Below are positions 8,449-15,317 of a stretch of DNA of 36,062 nt, in pieces (within the stretch, counting starts at the first letter, position 1; each line of letters starts with the position of its first letter). Source of the stretch: a virus (Duplodnaviria; Caudoviricetes); IMG/VR virus record IMGVR_UViG_3300048575_000373, positions 1 to 36,062 of that record; one strand, 5' to 3'. A model generated the notes under the pieces. It saw only the letters and a list, made by a program, of their open reading frames with translations. It ran no database searches and had not been told where the DNA came from. The position numbers were made by a program, and so were the translations under genes.

Positions 8449-8628
8449 ATGTGGGCTATTCTTTATTTAACCATTGATGGCCGATTGATCTGTAAGCGTG
8501 AAATATGGCTCACAGTAACAAGGGGCTGCTGGGCGAAAAAAAAGCGCAGAGATACTATTGATGAGGCTCCCAATTACTTAAAAAACGTTATAGCGGCTTG
8601 CTTGCTACATGCAACAGTTATGAAATAA
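8449..8628 (+). CDS. Possible 59-aa hypothetical protein
   Basis: Read by hand: MWAILYLTIDGRLICKRE...TVMK*; starts 2 nt after the upstream stop; below the track cut-off. Confidence 0.4.
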   Translation: MWAILYLTIDGRLICKREIWLTVTRGCWAKKKRRDTIDEAPNYLKNVIAACLLHATVMK

Positions 8629-8704
8629 TGCTGCATTTAGGGAGCCGTGTTAACGACATTATTAAAACCATTCCCTTTTAGCGGGAGGGACAAAAAAAAA
8701 CAAT

Positions 8705-9271
8705 ATGACCGAAAGAATTAATTGCAGCGGCCAATGCGGTATATGCGATGGAAGCTGCGATCTGCCTTTTAAACAATTTAAAAACACAGATATGGAAATT
8801 ATCGAAATCACAAAAGACAATGCGCTATCAGCCTATAATAAAGCTGACAATGCTGGTAAAGAATTATTGGAAAACCTGTTAGGCAAATCTAACCTTAAAA
8901 CGCATGGTTTATCTATAATGAGTTTTGAGGATGCCTGTATTGTTACAGGAGCCAGTCCTACAGTTCCTTTTCCATCGCCATCAGATACGGACGAATATGC
9001 CACTAATTATTTGTATCAAATGCGTGTAATAGCCAGGGCTATTAATCCCAAAGGATGGCAGCCTGACTATAAAAACAAAGAACAGAAAAAATGGCAACCC
9101 TGGATGGAATTTGATCCTTCGGTTTCGGCCTTTCGTTTCAACTACTCGGGCTACGGCTACACGTATGCGCGTGCGGGCTCCGGCGTCCGCCTTGCTTCTG
9201 AAGAGCTGTCTGACCACTTTGGAAAACAGTTTGAAACACTAATCAGTAATTTTTTATTAACACAACAATAG
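8705..9271 (+). CDS. DGR target protein 1 (contains VR1)
   Basis: VR1 encodes SAFRFNYSGYGYTYARAGSGVRL. Alternative start at 8792. Confidence 0.9.
   Translation: MTERINCSGQCGICDGSCDLPFKQFKNTDMEIIEITKDNALSAYNKADNAGKELLENLLGKSNLKTHGLSIMSFEDACIVTGASPTVPFPSPSDTDEYATNYLYQMRVIARAINPKGWQPDYKNKEQKKWQPWMEFDPSVSAFRFNYSGYGYTYARAGSGVRLASEELSDHFGKQFETLISNFLLTQQ
9117..9189 (+). repeat. DGR variable repeat VR1
   Basis: 73-nt ungapped match to TR; 11 mismatches, all at TR adenines. Confidence 0.96.
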
Positions 9272-9278
9272 TACTATT

Positions 9279-9605
9279 ATGAACAAACCAGTAACATTTG
9301 AAGAAGCCTGCAAAATGGTAGGTAAAGACCCAAACGCCCAATATCATCCAACTGAAAAACTGGAGATTATTACAAAATCAATAGTTGGAAATTGGAATGC
9401 CGACTATTCTAATGATGATCAGGAAAAATGGTTTCCCATCTTCAGATTTGATCCTTCGGTTTCGGCCTTTCGTTTCTGCCTCTCGTACTGCAGCTACACG
9501 AATGCGTATGCGGGCTCCGGCGTCCGCCTTGTATTTGAAACAGAATCGCAATCGGACTACGCGGGCAAGCAATTTATAAAAGAGTATAACGAAGCAATGC
9601 TGTAA
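9279..9605 (+). CDS. DGR target protein 2 (contains VR2)
   Basis: 108 aa paralogue of target 1; VR2 encodes SAFRFCLSYCSYTNAYAGSGVRL. Confidence 0.92.
   Translation: MNKPVTFEEACKMVGKDPNAQYHPTEKLEIITKSIVGNWNADYSNDDQEKWFPIFRFDPSVSAFRFCLSYCSYTNAYAGSGVRLVFETESQSDYAGKQFIKEYNEAML
9454..9526 (+). repeat. DGR variable repeat VR2
   Basis: 73-nt ungapped match to TR; 11 mismatches, all at TR adenines. Confidence 0.96.
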
Positions 9606-9642
9606 CGGCATTGCGGGGCGGTGTACTGGTAACGCGGGCTCT

Positions 9643-9715
9643 CTTCGGTTTCGGCCTTTCGTTTCAACAACTCGAACTACAACTACACGAATGCGAATGC
9701 GAGCTCCAGCGTCCA
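9643..9715 (+). ncRNA. DGR template repeat (TR)
   Basis: Intergenic AAC/AAT-rich copy (ttc aac aac tcg aac tac aac tac acg aat gcg aat gcg agc tcc agc gtc ca) immediately upstream of the RT gene. Confidence 0.96.
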
Positions 9716-9827
9716 TCTATGTTTCAAAATAAATAACAGTACAGGCCTTACCACTGGGTAAAAAATAAACACTTTAACGGGGCTTTGGTAATGCTAAAGC
9801 ATGAAGATGACCCAATAAAACAAAGGC

Positions 9828-10787
9828 ATGAAAAGAATAGGAAACCTATTTGATAAGATTTGTGCTATTGAAAACCTGATGCTGGCCGATGAAAAGGCCC
9901 GGAAAGGGAAAGCCAATCAGCACAGTATTGTAGCACACGACAAAAACAAGGATGAAGACATCCAACAATTACATCAATTATTAATAACTCAACAGTTTGC
10001 CAACTCCCGCTATAAGCAATTTGTAATATTTGAACCTAAACGGAGGGAGATTAGTGTATTACCTTATTTTCCTGACCGGATACTTCACCACGCTGTAATG
10101 AACATTTTAGAGCCTGTATTTATGTCTGTATTCACAGCAGATACATACAGCTCAATTAAAGGCCGGGGCATCCATAAAGCGGCCAATGCTGTTAAAAAGG
10201 CATTGGGAAATGAAAAAGATACGCCTTATTGTCTAAAACTGGATATAGAGAAGTTCTATCCATCTATAGATCATAATATATTAAAGCAACTTTTACGGAG
10301 AAAATTTAAGGATAAAAAGTTGCTTTGGCTGTTAGACCTTATAATTGACAGCGCTCCAGGACTCCCTATTGGGAACTATTTAAGCCAGTTCCTATCTAAT
10401 TTTTATTTGGCAGGATTTGACCATTGGCTGAAGGAGGTCAAAGGGGTTCAATATTATTTCAGGTATTGCGATGATATTGTAATACTGCATCATTCCAAAG
10501 AGTTTTTACATACCATTCAACGAGAAATAAAAGCCTATTTATGCGATCTTTTAAAGCTGAAAGTAAAAGGAAACTGGCGCGTATTTCCTGTTGTTTCGTG
10601 TGGTATCGACTTTTTAGGTTATCGCTTTTTTCATACACATACATTATTAAGAAAGCGGATAAAGAAAAACTTTGCAAAAATGATTGTTTATAACAAAAAT
10701 AAACAGTCGATTGCTTCATATATGGGTTGGCTAAAGCACTGTGATAGCAAAAACCTGATTAAAAAATTATTAAATGAAGAGCTTTAA
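9828..10787 (+). CDS. DGR reverse transcriptase
   Basis: 319 aa; PDRILHHA, LKLDIEKFYPSI, GLPIGNYLSQ (DGR-type SQ motif), RYCDD, GIDFLGY; adjacent to TR. Confidence 0.97.
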   Translation: MKRIGNLFDKICAIENLMLADEKARKGKANQHSIVAHDKNKDEDIQQLHQLLITQQFANSRYKQFVIFEPKRREISVLPYFPDRILHHAVMNILEPVFMSVFTADTYSSIKGRGIHKAANAVKKALGNEKDTPYCLKLDIEKFYPSIDHNILKQLLRRKFKDKKLLWLLDLIIDSAPGLPIGNYLSQFLSNFYLAGFDHWLKEVKGVQYYFRYCDDIVILHHSKEFLHTIQREIKAYLCDLLKLKVKGNWRVFPVVSCGIDFLGYRFFHTHTLLRKRIKKNFAKMIVYNKNKQSIASYMGWLKHCDSKNLIKKLLNEEL

Positions 10788-11073
10788 AGACTTTAACATA
10801 CAGGTAGAAATCAAAAGTTTTACAGGTGATAAAATTAAGATAGATAAAATACAGAACAGGGAAATTATAGTTAAGGAATTTAAGATTGAGAACTCCAAAT
10901 TTGAAAAAGGGAACGGAAAGTGTTTATATCTACAGATACAATTTAAAGACGAATTGTATGTGGTATTTACAGGAAGTGCTGCATTGATGCAGCAAATTGA
11001 AAAAGTACCGGCTGACGGCTTCCCATTTAAAACAACTATTGTAAAAGAAAACGAACGGTATCAGTTCACTTAA
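10774..11073 (+). CDS. Hypothetical protein overlapping the RT stop; candidate DGR accessory factor
   Basis: 99 aa, beta-strand-like pattern, VVFTGSAALMQQI; overlaps the RT gene by 14 nt. Confidence 0.7.
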   Translation: MKSFKDFNIQVEIKSFTGDKIKIDKIQNREIIVKEFKIENSKFEKGNGKCLYLQIQFKDELYVVFTGSAALMQQIEKVPADGFPFKTTIVKENERYQFT

Positions 11074-11084
11074 AAGTTACTCCT

Positions 11085-11480
11085 ATGCTAATGAATCTTA
11101 CACAAAATAAAATGCTGCATAGCCTGTTGAACCAAACAGGCCTTTTACACATGAAGGCCGAACTGGTATACAGCTACAGCAGTAACCGCACCAGTAGCAG
11201 CAAAGAGCTTACGATGATGGAAGCAGCAGCGCTGATTAGCTATTTAAAAAGCATGCCCACTGAGCAGGCGCAGTGCCAGCAAATGCGCAGAAAAATAATA
11301 GCAAAAGCCCATAAAATGCGTTGGGAAAAGAATGGCAAGGCTGATATGCAGCGCATTGAAAACTGGTGTATGCAATACGGAGGCTACAAAAAAAAGCTGA
11401 ACGATCATACTTATAATGAGTTGGTACAGCTTGTAACAAGATTTGATAATATGTACCGTAAATTTGTTTCTCAATTTTAA
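11085..11480 (+). CDS. Mu GemA/gp16-like early protein
   Basis: SSKELTMMEAAALISYL and RRKIIA patterns; position at the end of the early region. Confidence 0.6.
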   Translation: MLMNLTQNKMLHSLLNQTGLLHMKAELVYSYSSNRTSSSKELTMMEAAALISYLKSMPTEQAQCQQMRRKIIAKAHKMRWEKNGKADMQRIENWCMQYGGYKKKLNDHTYNELVQLVTRFDNMYRKFVSQF

Positions 11481-11490
11481 AACTATAAAT

Positions 11491-12294
11491 ATGAGAAGTG
11501 TATTATTGATGTTTTTGTTGTTGCCGCTGGCTACCAGTGCGCAGGAAGTACTAAGAAGTGAATTTAGAGATAGTGTTATAATTTACCGCCATCCCGGGAA
11601 GAAAAACCCATACATTATATTAGAGCGGGAGCTGGACAGAAGAAAAGAGCAGTTTTCGGCCCAAAGGATTGCTTTTGAAGAAAGCTTTGCGGCGGAAAAA
11701 ACTTTAGTAACAGACAATTACCCTAATGCTGATTTCACAAAGTATGAGCCGGAGATCAAGTTCTATAACCGGTATTTGATAAAACAAAAAAACAAAAAGG
11801 CTGAATTGTTGAAAAATGCGAAGCCTCTCTCTGCCTCATATAGCGGATGTAGGGTTTATATAGGGGAGTCCTTAGATAGCCTCATGGGTGTTGTGAAGAT
11901 TGTTGAGGGACTTAGCGGGTATCATCTATTTACTGTAGATGATACAGCCGATTCTACTCGTATTAATTTCTCCTATAGTGTTGTAAAAGAGGAAAGGGGC
12001 AGTAAGGGTAATTCTTTAGTGAATATTACCGCCTCATACAATTATGAGGATAAAATAATAAATGGGGATGTCGTTAGTGTCCGAACAGGAATGAGCTCGT
12101 TAAATATATCGGCGCCCAAAAAGATCATGTGTGGTATTGTAGCGGAGTTTAAAAAAACGATTGCGGCCTGTATTGTCAAAGAGGGTGATAAATTTATTTA
12201 TTACGGCTCAGATGAAAAACCGTACAGAGCTCTTCTGTACGTCAACTGCAATAGCGATGATTTGTTTGGCAGCTTACAGCTGTTATCTTTTTAG
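11491..12294 (+). CDS. Secreted hypothetical protein (moron-like)
   Basis: Signal peptide MRSVLLMFLLLPLATSA-Q with Gln at +1, typical of Bacteroidota; ATG at 11491. Confidence 0.7.
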   Translation: MRSVLLMFLLLPLATSAQEVLRSEFRDSVIIYRHPGKKNPYIILERELDRRKEQFSAQRIAFEESFAAEKTLVTDNYPNADFTKYEPEIKFYNRYLIKQKNKKAELLKNAKPLSASYSGCRVYIGESLDSLMGVVKIVEGLSGYHLFTVDDTADSTRINFSYSVVKEERGSKGNSLVNITASYNYEDKIINGDVVSVRTGMSSLNISAPKKIMCGIVAEFKKTIAACIVKEGDKFIYYGSDEKPYRALLYVNCNSDDLFGSLQLLSF

Positions 12295-12314
12295 GTATTA
12301 TTTCAAATAAGTAT

Positions 12315-12473
12315 TATATTTGCCCTGAACGTTGATCATACATATTAGGGCAATTCAATATTAATTAAAGTTATCCCTTCAGATGGTTTGAGCCGCGAGG
12401 CCAAACGGATACATGCCTTTGGTATGATCGACGTTCACATCTGGAGGGTTTTTTATTTGAAATGAACGTCGAT
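12315..12473 (+). promoter_or_regulatory. Promoter plus structured antisense/attenuator leader of the antirepressor
   Basis: TATATTTG at 12315-22; element 12326-41 complementary to 12422-37; stem 12375-85/12438-48 followed by T6; 12463-73 complementary to 12427-37. Confidence 0.7.
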
Positions 12474-13226
12474 AAAAAAACTCAATCAGCCGCTATCAGC
12501 GATAGTCGCCCATTGACGGAGTTCTCCTTCTCCGAAAACAAAAAGATGCAGACAGTGCTTATTAATAACCAGCCCTGGTTTGTAGCACAGGACGTTTGTG
12601 CTATTCTAAAACTTTCCAATGCTTCGGAAAGTATGAAATCTCTTGATGATGACGAATACCTGACCTCAGAGATTCTTAGGGCAGGGCAAACAAGAAATGT
12701 TAATCTTGTCAACGAAAGCGGCCTTTATAACCTGATCTTTCGCAGTAATAAGCCGGAGGCTAAAGCCTTTAGACGGTGGGTAACGGGCACCGTGCTGCCA
12801 CAAATCCGCCTTACGGGAGGGTATAACCTGCACAAAACATCCGTTGATCACCGGGGCAAGGTGTTTGAATGGCAGGAGTTTAACAATAGGCCGGTGCGCG
12901 TGATAGAGTTGGGCGGTACTATGTGGTATGAAATTGCACCCTATGCGCAAAGCATCGGTGTGTTTACCTGCGCACACCAAATAGCCGGGAAACTAAATAA
13001 AATATATCCTATGGCTAAAAAGATATGGCTGTTTGGTATGAGCGGCCCTGGATATTTTACCACCCAGCACGGCATTAACCTTATAACCGTGGGTACGCGC
13101 ACCGCAAAGGTTGTAGGGAGGGCGTTACCCTTTGCTATAGAAAACAACCACCCACAAACTACCCTTTTAGATGCAGTTGTAAAACAGGATAATAGCCCTG
13201 AAAAAGGAGGTGAGTATGCAAAATAA
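12462..13226 (+). CDS. Bro-N domain antirepressor
   Basis: PWFVAQDVCAIL...VNESGLYNLIFRSNKPEAKAFRRWVTGTVLPQIRLTGGY. Confidence 0.92.
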   Translation: MNVDKKTQSAAISDSRPLTEFSFSENKKMQTVLINNQPWFVAQDVCAILKLSNASESMKSLDDDEYLTSEILRAGQTRNVNLVNESGLYNLIFRSNKPEAKAFRRWVTGTVLPQIRLTGGYNLHKTSVDHRGKVFEWQEFNNRPVRVIELGGTMWYEIAPYAQSIGVFTCAHQIAGKLNKIYPMAKKIWLFGMSGPGYFTTQHGINLITVGTRTAKVVGRALPFAIENNHPQTTLLDAVVKQDNSPEKGGEYAK

Positions 13227-13440
13227 CCCTTATTGGCTGCCCTGGCAGCAGGCCGCCCAGCAATTAGGCGTAAGCGCCCACCCCAACCAATTAGCTAAAA
13301 GGCAGGCTAAGTATCCTGAACATTTTGTGTATGATAGCGAACAGGATTATATAAGCATAGTGTTGTATGAGGCATTGAAAGAATACCGGCAGGCGCTGAG
13401 CTATCTGGAAACTTTAAGGAAAGGAGGCGGTTATGAATAA
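13216..13440 (+). CDS. Hypothetical protein
   Basis: Overlapping gene with AGGAGG upstream of the ATG. Confidence 0.65.
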   Translation: MQNNPYWLPWQQAAQQLGVSAHPNQLAKRQAKYPEHFVYDSEQDYISIVLYEALKEYRQALSYLETLRKGGGYE

Positions 13441-13675
13441 AACTACAGACGCAATAAATAGCCTTTCTGATTTTTTCAGCCATACCGAAGATGTGGAATT
13501 TACCGCTTTTCAGTTGAGGCGGGCGGCTTATATGCTGGTGAATATGATAAATGTGGCGGACAGCACAGAGCTGGCTAAAGATGTAAGCGATATTAATTTT
13601 CACCTGCATCAGCTTGCTGAAATTTTAGACCCATACTTCAAGAGGTATGAAAACCCGAAGATGCCTGTAGTGTAA
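13433..13675 (+). CDS. Hypothetical protein
   Basis: Overlapping gene with AGGAGG upstream of the ATG. Confidence 0.65.
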   Translation: MNKTTDAINSLSDFFSHTEDVEFTAFQLRRAAYMLVNMINVADSTELAKDVSDINFHLHQLAEILDPYFKRYENPKMPVV

Positions 13676-13696
13676 GCCTTGCTGCTACTGGTTTTG

Positions 13697-13726
13697 AAGC
13701 CCGCTAAAAATATTAGCGGGCTTTTT
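13697..13726 (+). terminator. Intrinsic terminator
   Basis: AAGCCCGCTAA...TTAGCGGGCTT followed by a T tract. Confidence 0.8.
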
Positions 13727-13772
13727 AGTATTTTTGCTAAATTACATTAGCAACCAAATTCCCTATTTTTTA

Positions 13773-13985
13773 ATGGCTCGAAACAAAACGCTTCATTACC
13801 AACGTAACCAAAAGGTGCATGAGCTGTTCAGGCACTACCGGAAAAAAAACCCGAAATGGATGCTTGTATATGTAATTGAAGCAGTAGCCAATGATATGTA
13901 TTTAAGTCCGCTAACTGTGAGTAGAATACTTAAAGGGCCAACCGAACCGGCACCTAATAATCAAATGTCTTTACAATTCGCCTAA
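13773..13985 (+). CDS. Mor/C-like HTH transcriptional activator
   Basis: RNQKV...VANDMYLSPLTVSRIL HTH pattern; last gene before the late block. Confidence 0.65.
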   Translation: MARNKTLHYQRNQKVHELFRHYRKKNPKWMLVYVIEAVANDMYLSPLTVSRILKGPTEPAPNNQMSLQFA

Positions 13986-14494
13986 CGCGCGATTGATATA
14001 TTTACCTCAACTCCGCCTTCAGCTGCTGGTGCAGGTTTCCCTTCCCAGGTGGAATAATTATAAAGCTCTGTGCGGTATGACAGTACTGATATAACATGCC
14101 CCTCTGTAAACTTTAACTCACTGCTTCCGGCTGCTATGAACTTTTGTGTAAGTAAGCGCCCATGTTCGTTTTTTAGAGCCAGCCCTTCAATGATGTTATT
14201 CATTTGTGTCAATTTGCTATGGTGTGCCTGCAACGCGCTATCCTGTATTGTATTGTCGTGTTGGTGAAACGGTGCATTGCTGATATAGTGCAACTTGATA
14301 ATTCCGTTCTTTATTACACGAATCCCGCGCCCCCAATAAGTACTTGCTGCATCCCTGGGCATCTCTATGTATAGGGCTGGAACCCTGTAAACAGTGTTGC
14401 CTTTACCTGCTGCGTATTGGCCGGTATAAAAAAATACCGGTGCGACGGCGGTTAAATGTGGTTTTAATGCTTTATAAACGGGATAGATGTACAT
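13982..14494 (-). CDS. Putative tail terminator/neck protein (Mu gp37-like)
   Basis: PALYIEM motif; last gene of the head operon. Confidence 0.5.
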   Translation of the reverse strand: MYIYPVYKALKPHLTAVAPVFFYTGQYAAGKGNTVYRVPALYIEMPRDAASTYWGRGIRVIKNGIIKLHYISNAPFHQHDNTIQDSALQAHHSKLTQMNNIIEGLALKNEHGRLLTQKFIAAGSSELKFTEGHVISVLSYRTELYNYSTWEGKPAPAAEGGVEVNISIAR

Positions 14495-14495
14495 A

Positions 14496-14654
14496 TTAAT
14501 TAAGTTTAAAATTGTCTTTACATATTTTACTTTTCAAATCGACAGGCTTTTGGCTGATTTTACACCTGTGCCTTGTTTGTCTGCCCTTTTTATAGCGTTC
14601 AAAGTTTGTGCAGTGTTTGCATTTAGCTTCGTATGTAATAGAAATAATGGTCAT
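14496..14654 (-). CDS. 52-aa Cys4 (zinc-binding-like) protein missed by the ORF track
   Basis: MTIISITYEAKCKHCTNFERYKKGRQTRHRCKISQKPVDLKSKICKDNFKLN*; fills the gap between its neighbours. Confidence 0.65.
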   Translation of the reverse strand: MTIISITYEAKCKHCTNFERYKKGRQTRHRCKISQKPVDLKSKICKDNFKLN

Positions 14655-14663
14655 GGGAATTAT

Positions 14664-15197
14664 TTAAGAATTAAAAATTGCGTCAAGGTCCCGGGTTATT
14701 TTATCAACTATCTTATCATCCAGTGCAGGATCGGGGCCGATGAACCGGCGTTCAGGTATTACAATTTGCTTAGAAATTGCACAGCGTTTGTACAGTTCTG
14801 CTAAATCGAGGTTTCCCGCTTCCTTCATTTCGTAATGTTTGGCCCAGAAGAACTTTTTCATTTTAGGCGTAACTGTAATGGTGCCTCCCTCATTGTGTAT
14901 TTCAGCATATAGCAGGTCTGAGTATATAGTAACAGTAGTGCCATCTACCCGGTAATCAATGCTTTCCATTAAATCCCCGCTCAGTATCAGCACGCCCTGG
15001 TTATTAGTGCTTCCTGTGCGCGGCATCTTCCTATCCTTCCATTTGTTACCGGCCAGCCCACCCAGGCGGAAAGCCTCTTTAAAGTGCCTTACGGCCAGTG
15101 TGCCAATAACCAGCGGAACATCATTATTAATATAGTTGATGGCCTTTTGAAGTGCTGCCTGCATTTCGTCTGCCCCTTTGATATTTTTACTATTCAT
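14664..15197 (-). CDS. Virion morphogenesis protein (Mu gpG-like)
   Basis: LILSGDLMESI, YAEIHNEGG, IPERRFIG motifs. Confidence 0.88.
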   Translation of the reverse strand: MNSKNIKGADEMQAALQKAINYINNDVPLVIGTLAVRHFKEAFRLGGLAGNKWKDRKMPRTGSTNNQGVLILSGDLMESIDYRVDGTTVTIYSDLLYAEIHNEGGTITVTPKMKKFFWAKHYEMKEAGNLDLAELYKRCAISKQIVIPERRFIGPDPALDDKIVDKITRDLDAIFNS

Positions 15198-15207
15198 TAA
15201 AAAGTTT

Positions 15208-15317
15208 TATCTTTGTGAAACAAAAACAGCATTCAACAACTTATTATAAAGATGCTATGGTCGATGGTAAAACGTGGGCCGCAGTTCTTACCCCGGTTTA
15301 GGCCGGGGTTATTTTTT
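15208..15317 (+). ncRNA. Candidate small RNA convergent on the MuF 3' end
   Basis: TATCTTTG (-7 box) at 15208-15 and hairpin CCCCGGT/GCCGGGG plus T tract at 15291-15317. Confidence 0.4.

Noticed and set aside
9117-9715. Three near-identical repeats as a CRISPR array or simple duplication
   Set aside because: Spacing is irregular, two copies are in-frame coding, and mismatches are restricted to adenines of one copy next to an RT; this is a TR/VR pattern.
9378-9716. Antisense and alternate-frame ORFs over VR2/TR (also 1171-1389, 8981-9217)
   Set aside because: These are by-products of stop-poor GC-rich repeat sequence overlapping better-supported features.
9828-10787. RT as a group II intron, retron or Abi enzyme
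   Set aside because: It is short, has no maturase/endonuclease extension, has the SQ motif and has an adjacent TR.
14487-14804. Plus-strand 105-aa ORF
   Set aside because: It is antisense to the head operon; the gap is better explained by the minus-strand 52-aa ORF.
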